This document shows, in pieces, positions 42,301 to 54,240 of a stretch of 64,000 nucleotides of DNA (position 1 is the first letter of the stretch; each line of letters starts with the position of its first letter). Below the pieces are notes generated by a model. It was not told the origin of the DNA. It saw only the letters and a program-made list of their open reading frames with translations, and made no database searches. Source of the DNA: Trichoplax adhaerens. Its lineage: Eukaryota > Animalia > Placozoa. Position numbers and translations under genes: made by a program. The stretch spans positions 1,352,445 through 1,416,444 of the forward strand of contig NW_002060957.1 of assembly GCF_000150275.1 (NCBI RefSeq), in the 5' to 3' direction.

Positions 42301-45300
42301 TGGGGCTTTGGTATTAGCAAACCAAGAGTAGACTTGATTAAAGTGAAACTGATTAAATGGACGTTGAATGACGCTAATCTTACTATCCTGTAAAAGATGA
42401 ATACAAAGAAGCTAGTGAAAAATCCTCAACTAGATTTCCGCGTTGTATTGATTAATGATATATAATTTATTCTATGAACCACCAGTAATGATGCGACTAC
42501 TCTCAATCTGCTTTAAGTTATCTAATTATAGTTATCTTAGCATAGTGTATAATATCGTATTTTATACATTTTTAATATTGAATGCGATAACGTACATGCC
42601 TTTGAAAGATGTAGAAGTTAACTAATTAAAATATACTAGTATTACGGAAATATTGGATACAGAATTTTTAGAGCCTGCACTTGTATATTGCAGTCATGAA
42701 TGTGGTCACTACATCATTTTTCTCATAGTTTTAATTTAATAGTTCTACTTCAACGTAATTGATTTCCTATTCCTAGATACAGCTCTCATCATGACCATGA
42801 AATAATATTAAAAGACACACTATGGTCTCACCAATTGAAGCACTTGAGTCCTGTCGTTATTGATCAAGTAAAAATTATACATGTAATCGCGTTTGTCAAA
42901 GCAATCCTGTGATTCAATGCATTGAAACTTGACTACTTTTTCTCTAAAATCAATAAGTGTATTGCATATTTGCGGAGGATCGGGTTTAACTAGTAAAATT
43001 AGAAGAAGATTATTAGGAAAAGTCATTTACTCTAAATAAAGTAAGAGTCATCGTATACTTAATAAAAATGAAAAGCTAGTTTTTATGTAATATTATAATT
43101 GTCTGCTTGCTCATAAACTAGAAATCTGATAATTTAAAACTAGCGAAAGCAATTGATGAATGTAATCAAAATCATACTATAACCTTTAACTTATATCATG
43201 TCTAATTAATGAACAATGAATTATAATTAGCAGCAAAGTTAATAATTGCTTTTCAGTACGGTAGAAAATATTGGCTAAAACATATTGAAAATGTGCCACT
43301 ATTCAAAGAAGATATCTTTTCTATAAGCTAGTCGACTGACTATTACGTTCATGTGTTGCATTTTCTTCACTATAGCTATCAAAATCGACTGGTGGCTTTA
43401 GAATCTAATAGCAGGAAAATATTCATTAATTTTAGGATTATTTTACTACAGCGGTAACTTGTCAACGTTAAAGAGCAGGTATATCCTGCTAATGCAACGC
43501 TATGTCTGAAGGTCTAACATGCAATCAATTAGTATCAGTTTAAAGCTTTAAATGCGACTTTCCATCTACGTAATCATTTCGCTTAGTTATAATGAAAGAC
43601 TGATATTATAAATTTGAATAGCAATGATCTTACATTTTTTTGGAAGATCTATAATGGATGAGTCTGTCATATTGACTTTTTGACCGTTATACATGGTCAC
43701 AATTTGATATCGAAATGTTGGAGCATTCGATGCAACAGGCAGAGTTATTTCGCATCTATTGTTGTTCATCTTCTTGCAGGAGAGTGATTTCATACACGGA
43801 ACGAAGAATCCATGACATGGATATTCAATAGAGTATTCAACGAATTTCAAGCACTCAAAAGGCATATCAATGGGATGATTCCATGTAATTCGCAGTCGAT
43901 TGCATTGGAAAACCGTTATAATATTAGCTGCAACACCTATTTTATTCTTAGCTAAAAATATAGGACAAGTCGTTGTTACTAATAAAATTCGAGTAAATTG
44001 AATTCTATGAAACGAAATATATGACTTCAATAGTGAATAAGCCTTGCTGTGAAATAACTATGGGATTTTGGGCAGTCCTAGTTTTAAAGTGGAAAAAAAT
44101 GTCCTAATACGTTTCAATAAGTCTCATATTATAAGATATAGTTACTGTGTAATCTTTAGTATTCCTCAAATGCGTGTTTAACCAGATCATAAAAGCAACT
44201 TACAATGCATTACTTTCTGAATTTATTTTAGATTTAGAATCAATACCTAGATGTCACAAACCAGCTTTGTGACAAAAGTAACGTAAAACAAATTTCTAAA
44301 TTACTAAGTCTCCGGGATTCAGTATCCCGTAACCACCTCACAAGAATTTGGACGCTTTTGCTTTTATGTTAAAACAACTATAAAACTCTTCTTTCATTCA
44401 ACTATCTACCGAGCTTAAATACCTTTGGGCTGCAACTATCATGTATGATTCATAACAGTTCATGCAATTTTAGCTCATATAGGATAGCTAAATTAACACA
44501 GACATTAATCATAATTTTGGACATGTACTGAACGATTCTAGATAATTAGACTACAGTATGTCCACTCACAGAATTATTTATAGTGTCATCCATCATTGAA
44601 TATCTTCAGAATATTCATCACAAGCGTTACAAGACATAACACTATAATCAATTAATATTAGTTACCTTATGAGAACTCTTACTACAATACAGCATAATTT
44701 GTTGTAACCAAAATAATAACTACTGTAGTTTTTACTGTAAGTCATCATTAATTATCTCCATATATAAATGTTTAACACTAAATTTAGTCATTTACTCTTC
44801 ACTATGTCTCGTACTATGACTCTAGAACTATAATGTTGTTAGGACCAGATTAGGGGAAGGATTAAAGCCTGCTAAAAGTGCTACACAGTTTGATTACTTT
44901 GCAGCCTCTTACTACAAAATTGAGATACTGAAAAACAACAATGCAACGTCTTGCTTTATCAAAATCTAATAGAGTCCGCTTTAATTTTAATGCAGTCTCA
45001 ATTTCATTGGATAGATTTTTACTAGAGCTAGACCTTAAAATATGGGTAAACCTTCTTGGTTATTCGTACACTGTATATCTACAGTAGTTTATTTTGGTTG
45101 GTATTCATAAGACCTGATAAGTTTTGACATGGCTCAAGGGTCACTTTGAAATAAAGTATATTACACTAGGTAATCGAAGATAAGCAGATTTGAATAACTT
45201 CTAAGCCGTCGGTCTCTCTCTAGGTGGTCTTATAATTAATTCAACTAATGAACCATAGAATTACAACAATGTTTAATATTGTTTCTTGCAGCAAAATTTG

Positions 45301-46850
45301 TACAGTATTGTAGTGTACGAGTTCTTAATCTACTATACTATCACTGCATTTCCGTAACACGTAACTACTGTAAATAGCTGAAATCATTTGAAGTATGTAC
45401 TGATTGTCTTTGCGATGACATAATATTAATATCCTACATTTCGAATATTTAGATCAATAAAATACATCAATGTAAACATCTTGGTATGGATACTACAAGT
45501 CAACAAACACCAAATTGATCACTCATTATTTTGCTTAGTCCTGCGAATGCTTAAGTCTGATATAATAACTACGGCGATGATAATTTGTTTGAATTTTATA
45601 AACAGATTGAGATGTTGTTCCAAGCTCATCTATTCAAGTCATGATGACGTTATGATTAAATAATTTTGGACGTCTATTAATCTATCTTTGCGAAAGCATT
45701 AAAATACTCATTGCTATCATAATTTAATGATATGGTATGTACTGAAATCTTTTATAAGTTATGATCAAATTAAATTAAATGGTTGAAGTAGTTCACTTTA
45801 ATAGCTGAAATCTCTATATCAACTGTGCTAAACGATATAAAATAAGGAAAATTTAGGACAAAACTAATCTAGAAAAACAATAAATGACGACGCATGTTGC
45901 ACGAGAATGCCAATTTTGTGTTATATATTAATATTAATGAAATAGGCTATATTCTTATTATCTTTCTACTATTCTTGATATTTTAGTTATTGGCAAAACA
46001 ATTTGGAAAATATTTCCAGTGCTAAATCGAAATTTAAACTTACCCAGATCGCAGTTAGTCCTAGAAATTGTAGTATCGCCTTATTAAAAGAGAATAGAAA
46101 TTATACCTTGACATCATAAGACTAATGTAAACTGACAATTGCAAACTTAACATTAAACTGAATTGATAGGGCAAGCGTGAAGTAGTCACATTAAAGAACT
46201 TTCGAATTGAGTATTTGAAATTATATGTCTAGATCACAGTAGGCTTATCTTATAAGTACATTGAATAGTAATTGGTACTTTTGGTATTCAGGGAAAATGC
46301 TTAACGATGTAAGATGATTTAATTTCGTAAATTTCTTTTTAATCTATCGTAGATCTCTCTGGATTGAAGTCATTCGTACGACAATATTTTCTGCCATAAC
46401 CAGTTACCAATTCCATTGAAAGAAAAGTGATCAATTTTATTTGCTTCAAATAATAAATGCATTGCGGTCTAATCTGTACCTTTATGGTAAATATCTAATT
46501 TGATTCATTTCTAATAAAAAAATTTATTCTCTCAGTTTGATAATTTAGTTATACGCTCAATTTTATTTAGATGGTTTATTGATGAAATCTTCTATAATAG
46601 TCTCTCATTAAATATCTTTCTCTCATTCAACTAGACGTAGCTCATTGTCCTACGGCTTCTTCGTTACTGAAGTTACTGATAATTAATACAAAGGAGCTGA
46701 TCAACACTTACAATTAAATTCCTATTACTTCGACGATCATATTCAAGTTTCGCTGTTATATCATAATTAAGTTAGAATTCACACCCTACCTGAACTTTCA
46801 CCAAATGACCGAGTAATAGCAACAACAGTTAGCATCAAAATCTGCCACAT
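39351..46850 (-). CDS. Receptor-family gene 4: type I membrane protein with one FN3-pair module, multi-exon stalk, TM and ~485-aa Tyr-rich tail, ~895 aa
   Basis: Exons 46850-46790 (MWQILMLTVVAITRSFGESS), 46079-46044 (Cys micro-exon DTTISRTNCDL), 43951-43634 (D1 CNRLRITWNHP..YSIEY..CKKMNNNRC), 42989-42832 (D2a VKPDPPQIC), 42387-42084 (D2b YSWFANT..SDNTTKWSFSI), 41993-41964, 41416-41276, 41125-41036 (stalk), 40900-39351 (TM AIGCYIIIVVLLGILFVLSILACY plus tail). Total 2688 nt, open throughout. Confidence 0.8.
44252..44821 (+). mobile_element. Divergent family A relative (570 bp) in an intron of gene 4
   Basis: Starts TGTCACAAACCAGCTTTGTGACA. Internal match to family A (gacatgta..g..ta..agactac..tatgtcc..tcac.gaa). 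Flanked by CTAGA on both sides. Confidence 0.6.
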
Positions 46851-49709
46851 CTTGTATCATCAGCGGCGGTAGCTGTCAAGTTATTCTATACAATTGTTGA
46901 TTGTGCAATGAATTCAAATAGCTACAGTATTGAAATAACATCAAATGAATAAGTTGGCGATTTATCTTATGCTGTTAAAAGTCATAAAGCTATTAATTCA
47001 TAATACCTTACGCTGCTCTTTAAATAAGAATTTTTTAATCGAATTTGATTTATGTGCAAAAGAGTTTTACTATGCAAATGGCCAATGAATGCTACTTCGA
47101 TCCTTCGATCGTGTCTTTATTCAATTAAATTATACATCTAGCGTATCTTAAAATACAGTAGTTTTGCCTATCTTGTGATAAGGCGAGGCTTCATGATAAT
47201 GCAAAATACATAATTTGGGCAATCCCCGGAATTATTTATTTTAATTTAATTTATTATGTGGCATCAGTTCATCCTACACACAAGGTAGGCAAAAGTAATA
47301 GTATTTCATAACACGTGTATTTATACACTGATGGTAGTTTTATACCCAAGTCTTAAGCGAGAAAAATCATATCCTAGACTACATTAGATCACCCAGATGT
47401 GGGCGATCGATACTATTAGTATGACATCATCGACAATTAAATCATCATCGCATGTTAATTTTACAGATTATCATTCTTCGTTACTAAGCATTTGCTCTAA
47501 CTTAAACGACCAAATAGTTTGATTATATACATAATAAGAATGAAGATTTACCAGCCAAATATCAAGGCATAGATTTAGTTGAATGATTTCTTAAAGCTAG
47601 GCTTCGTCTCCATAAAGCAATTAGTGATACCTGCTTGAAATGTTAACTTACTCATCTGCTCAATACAATCTTATCTACTTAAATTGAATCTTTGTGGAAT
47701 AGAAATTGCTCACATGCCAATGTCTATTTATATAGAGAGCTAGTATGAACGATAATGATCCATGCTTTAAGATCCTAAAAGTACCGGTGAATGATAACAG
47801 GCAGCTTTAAACTTTAAGTTTGATAGTATTACACCTCTGTAGCCCTTTGTGTCGATAGATATTTGCTTTAATTATGACTCATCTGGGGACTTTTAACTTT
47901 GATTATCCACCTGTGATTGTGGGTATCCAAACAACTCTAATGTAAATAATAATTATACTAGCAAGATACTTGATAAAGATTTAAAATTCATCACATCAAC
48001 AATACTTAAAAGGATATCCTATCCACGTTTAGTCTAAGTCTATCATGATGACGATTACATCATATTGTTATCCAATGCTTGTGTTTGTGCTTAGAATTAT
48101 ATCCCTAGAATCATCAATACTAAGTAATTAATAGAAGTTGTACCTCGAAGTGATTTGATTGGGCACTTAATATTATAACTTATTCCTCTTAAAAACCTTG
48201 TTGTATAGAAAATTTAACTAGGCTATCTTTATTCTTATTAAGTACTCACTGGAGCTTTTAAAGTTCAGATGACAAAACGAATGACAATTTTCCGGCGCAT
48301 TGTTGAGTTCTACCTGATATTTATGATAAGAGTAGGAAATACAATCTCTGAAATATTATCCTTATGAATCTGAGCTTTTCCAAATTATGTTCATTACGAT
48401 AATGCGTATAGGAGTAATTGTAGTTCCTTATTAATTGTCATTTCTTTTAAAAATTTACTGTAAATTAAAATTTCTGATCAAGAGATACTAAGGTCTAAAC
48501 AAAATATCCTATCCTATTTTGGCTCGAAAATAATTTACTTCAATACAATGCCTATAAAGTATTTCCCTATGTCCACTATACCTAGAGTCAGGTATAATAC
48601 GATATGTGGTTACCTAGACGATAGCCAATAAGTTATAAATATTCATGCAGTAAATAGCCGTTTCTTAACGATGTTGAGTAACTTCTTGTTAAGAGTTTGA
48701 TATCTTTCCATACAAATTTCAGTAAGTAAATGAAGGGTAAAATTTGGGGAAAGAATTAAGTTTATTAGGAATAGGTAGCAAGGAGAGTAATCATCAGTAA
48801 ACGATAGGCACATGATGAAGGATTTTAATAGAACTGAATTCTTAATTTATTGTGCTGCATATAAAGTACTGGATCAGTACTGTAAAAGAACAAGTCAAGA
48901 TTAGTAGACCGAATAGCAGGATAACAGGAGTACATAGTAAGGCATATACCGTACTTTTACCTTAAACTGTATTATGTAGACTTCTATTGCATATACCTAA
49001 TGTAAGGAAATTAACTACGGAGTATAATGCTTATATTGGGTAAGTAATATTACGTGTCTATGCAGCTATGCATAAAACACTTGACTGTTGAAGAGTATAT
49101 TATATGACAGTCAAAGAAGATTGTGTACTATTGTTTATACCGACTATGTAGATAACCTATTTCACATTCAATATATCAATATTTTAAATTTGTCGTTAGT
49201 ATTCTAATTGGTTACTTCTTGTCGTTAAATTTGATATCTACGAGTAATTAAATGCTTAAACAGAATTGAATAGGACTTGTATCTGACGAGTCTACTCGAT
49301 CAGAATACAAGTTGATCGTTTACTATTAGCTACTGCTACGCATTACTCCTTAATCTGCTTCAAGATGTCATATGATTGTATTTCAACTACTGTAGCACTT
49401 AAGAAACCACTCTTTTAAAGGGCTCACAAAGCAATAATTGCACTAAAACCTCATTTTCTTTTGCAATCCGTACTCTATTCTACGAAATATTTTTATTAAC
49501 AAATTCATCACCTCTACATTCAGCCTTAAGTAGAATCAATTGCTTTAAATCGATCATTATACAATCAAGTGAGTAATTTTGAGTAAAAAAATACCACATA
49601 AATCACAACTATCTTAATTAGATTACGTATGAATCAATTGGTATAAGGCAGCATTACCAATTTAGTTTTGAAATCAAGTTTAATTTGAAGACTAATCAAA
49701 ATTGCGAAT

Positions 49710-52290
49710 TTAATGATGCATAGTCTTATTCAGCATCACATTAAAATAAGTAGACTTGATAGGATCGTCAGATGGACCTTGCTGGGCAATAATTTGACTT
49801 CTTTTCGAATTTTGACCAGAGCTTTCTTGATCTTATAAAGGTCTTTTTATACACTGCAGGTTAACTTTGGCATTACTTTTAATTGCTTTTCTACTGTCTA
49901 GTCTATCTTGGAACTGCCTAGTACCTTATGATAAAAACGTTGTGGCAGAATTTTGCTTAACACTTCCAGATAGATTTGTTGCTATTGGTAATTGTAAATT
50001 ACCTTCATTCACATTATCATTGGAACTATAATGATCTGAAGGTTTATTGCCAGTAGAGCTACCGGCACTTGTCAGTTCCATTACAGCATGACCATGCATA
50101 TTAATACGCTCGCTAGATTTTCGAATACAGCAGAAGCAAATTATTATAGCAAGCCCAATCAAAATACCTACAATGGCAACTAGTGTAATATAAAATAAAA
50201 CAAGATGCGGCGATGACTTATCTATAAGTTTTAAGGATAGAATAAAAAAACATAGTTACCCACATTGACTTTCTGATCAATTGGAGGAAACTTTAAAATC
50301 GACAATCATCAGGCACTTAGAACTAACAGATAAAATCTCTTACTAATACTAGGTTTTGTTGCAGAAGTGATGAAAATTCTAGATGTAGTAAATAATCATT
50401 GATTTCTTGGTCGATCAGTTTCTTGATTTGTGCTGGTGATCAGTATCGCACCTGGTAAAATTATGATTGATTAATTTTATTCATGTCATTTTAAAATTTT
50501 AATGTAATCATAATTGATACTTCGATGATGTTATAAAGGCATATAATTATCATGAAAAAAATCGAAGAGGTCATGATTCGACGGTCATTGCTCCAATCTA
50601 GGTAAGATATTTATAAAAACTTTGTTACAGTTTATGCTAAATTTATAGTAACTAATGTAAATAGTAAAAAAGAATGATTCATTCCTCGTTCACTATATCT
50701 AGTTTATTCTAATTGGTGTTGCGAAAGCCTGACCGTTTGTAACACAGCTTAAGTATCACAGAGAAAGCGAATTAGATTCGGTGCTTGTTTGGTCAATTTC
50801 TAAACCAGTCCTCTTTAAACACCGGTATCTTATTAATTTATCACAAATATTGCCGTGATTCGAAGGCAATTTTAAAATGATAATGTTTCAGTCTCAGTTA
50901 ATGGAGCTAGCCCACATTTAACAGAAATAGTGAATCAATATCAGCTGAGTACAATTTACAATATGCATCCTTTTACTGAATGATAGCCGGAATATACCAG
51001 CTATATAGGAACACCGTATCATTTCGACTTATGTAAACGCAGCAAACGTGTACCATCTAGTACCTGTCTAACGTCAATGAAAATATTTAATCACATTTAC
51101 CATGCATGTCTTGTACTAATAGGAATAATAAACTAATTCTAAGTAAAGGTGCGCCTCTTCAGTGCCTTTATTCACAATAGATTACGCATAGTAAAGTATA
51201 TTTTTCCGTCATACCAATTACAATTATTTTTTAAAGTACTTTACTAGGTAAAAACGACTATCCTACTTTAAAGGATTATTACTACATACTGTTAGAATAA
51301 CTTCAAAACAGATTACTAGCTTTATCAGGTAAAATTATTGTAAGGATTTTGAAATTGCATAGACATCAGGAAAAGAATGCAATAATTGTTTGCATTAATG
51401 TTTTAATTGAATAGAAATTTGACTCTAAATGACATTATGGCTAGAATTTTCCAAGGTAGTTATGAACCTTTAACACTTGAATTCATTTATGCATCGTCAT
51501 GATAAAACTAGATTTAGTTGTGTATTTATATTGGTCAGCAAGTTCAGTTTGGAATTTCAAACGTTACCTTTCGCCATGACTCTTACTTTATCATCGATTG
51601 ACGTCGGCATTGCCTCCGATATTGTTTATCCTACAGATAGTGTTTTAAGCTTACTTTAGAACTCCGAGAATAGACCTTTATTAAATTGCACATCCTCCCT
51701 GACCTATAATTTCTAGTAATAAATAAACCACGTATTGAAAATGCTGTAATTTTTAAAAGAATTAATCGCATTGCCATCATTATTTAAAGGGATGCTGAAT
51801 GCAAGACTAATAGAGGGTGTGTTAAATTTACTTTTGACGGTATAATTTTACTAACCCTTTGGTTGTTAGTTTCAATCATGTATTACACTATTTATAAATT
51901 GTCGCAAATGAAGAGTCCTGCCTTTCGACAAGGACTGCACAGTGAGTAAAGTAAACAAGTAATCAACAGTAGCCACTTCGGATATATACGTATAGTAATA
52001 TTTCTAAACCCTTGCGATACTACAGCGCTTACTGTATGTAGTACTGCTCTAAATTCAAACCCGTCCTTATTCTAAATATCAAAGTCTTTACTTCAGCTAT
52101 TTATTTTTTACTGAAGGCACTTAATTTTACGGATGACGTTATTTCTTGTTCGATGCTATCTGAGAAGATAGACAGAGTAGAAGAGGAATCGGTAGCTTCT
52201 GGAGAAGATGAACACAACAAATTAAATACATGGGAAGCTTTAAATTCTTCAATATGGTTGTACTAAGGAAGGGGGAGTGTCACGTTCTGT
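49710..52290 (-). pseudogene. Pseudogene of a stalk+TM+tail receptor, probably the same family
   Basis: Exon from 50221 encodes TM LVLFYITLVAIVGILIGLAIIICFCC-IRK. The frame reads on in register past TAA stops at 49926 and ~49833 to ~49710. Upstream phase-1 S/T-rich exons (50451-50344, ~51630-51568) each carry an in-frame stop. Confidence 0.5.
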
Positions 52291-52599
52291 AATAGTTACA
52301 TAATTAGTATGTTACCTTCTTTCTATATATGGTTAAATATCACGATGTTATCACGTCAGGCGTATGTAGATGTAGTTATGGTACTATATTAAGGTTATCT
52401 ATATATGTATTCTCATGTTGCCATACTTGGCATGATAGTCTATTTGTAATGACTAAACTAGGGAAACCTTTCTGTTAGTGATGATCTTGTGAGCTACGTC
52501 AGTAGATCAAAGTTCACAATAAAGAAAGTATATAAACTCTTCATTTTAACAATAAAGTTAGTTCTTCAACTTAATTACTGGGTCTCCTTGCTGAGTGCA

Positions 52600-54240
52600 G
52601 ATCTAGTACTTGTTATAAAATTTGGAAGTTGTAACAATTGGTGGCAGCGGTGGGATACATTAAGACCGTCTGCATTTACTCCAGCAGATAAATCTAGCGT
52701 AGACTCCTTACTGAAATTACATGCTAAAAAAATGATGTTCTCACTCTTAGCCCCATCATGTTTTCTATAAGTGAACATAGAATGAATTCCTCATCTCTCT
52801 AGAATCATTTGGTAGCTCAAATTGATCATCCACGTAAGCTATGTCGCTTAAAGTGAACGAACGAAAACGAGGAACTTTATCAATGTTAGATAGTCCCTAG
52901 ATTCACCATCACCGAACTCAAAATTGGAATCGTTATAGTGATGCAAATATCCAAAAAGTGATTTAGTATAGCACATTGCATCAATAGTAAAAGTGTTCCT
53001 TTCCATCGCGATCGTACTAGTCACACTTTACCTTCACTTTATTAGATTAAACCTCTTTTAGTGTTCCATGGATTAAACCTGCTATTCTAGGTCATATCTT
53101 CTCTATTACATACTCCGAAATACACTATTACCATAACATTAATTGGATGAAATCGTGACTTGTCTTTAGTAATCTACAAAAATTACTGATCTATGCATAA
53201 AATAATCCCATTTAAATTCGCATAACAAATTGAATGACAGATATTACAATTCTTTCTTGCGAAAGGAACACCGCGATAGAATACAAATTTATATTCGTTA
53301 TTTTAATGATGATTTCTAAAGTAGCAAATTATTGCTAAATTCTACAGCTTTAATGACTTTGCAAATATTACCAAAGTTGCCCGTCTTTCTAAACTACAAT
53401 ACCTCAAGATACACAGATTCGCAGTGAGCATTCAAAGGTTCTTGGCAATGGCTTCGGCTTTAGTCTATAATTTCGACATTCTATTTCGCCTGCAGGTCAA
53501 CGATACTTTCGTAGTAATGATCATTAGACTGAACACCCGGCTCATCATATCCTTCGTCAGTACCTAGATCGCTGGAGTCTATTTTCCCATCTTCGATGAA
53601 TTTGGTATCAGCGAGATTAGTTTCGTCCTTATCTATTCCAATATGACTAGCATATGGGCAGCTATCATCATGGTGAAAAGTTTCTCTTTCAGAAGCATCA
53701 AGTAGCTTTTGATGGTTAATAGATCCGTTTCGAGGATATTTATTATCATTCCTATCGCAATACCTAATACAGGTATTTTCATTTTCAATAGAAGTAGAAG
53801 TTGATCTGATTATCTCTTCTTTGTGAACTTTATCATTATTATCATATGTTTATTAAACTATCGCCCTAAAGCGTACTTGACAACTCTGGTTAGTCGAACT
53901 CATGCTCGTGATATCAGGCGTACTTCTTCATTTAGCAACGCGTCAAAGTATTGACGTATTATTTGATGTTTTGGGAAAGGAAAAGATCATAAGCATAAAT
54001 TTATCCATTTCTGTATATCAGTTAGCGTGAGACTGTATCGTATGGATTCATTTCTTCAACCAACCGCAGGCTTTACTCCCTGTTACCATTAGCAAGGTTA
54101 GATAATATTCTTATTATCGTCGCAATTGATCCTATTTTGATACGGCATCTTTCATTCCAATCATCGGCTTGCAATAATATCAGTTAACATAAAATTAGCG
54201 CTATTGCGTTAATAGTAATACACAATAGCGATACACTTAC
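52600..54240 (-). pseudogene. Decayed cytoplasmic-tail-like coding sequence
   Basis: A 122-codon stop-free, Met-less frame at 53849-53484 (..GTDEGYDEPGVQSNDHYYESIVDLQAK*) continues past stops to CESVYLEVL*. A hydrophobic remnant lies near 54190-54235. Confidence 0.4.
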
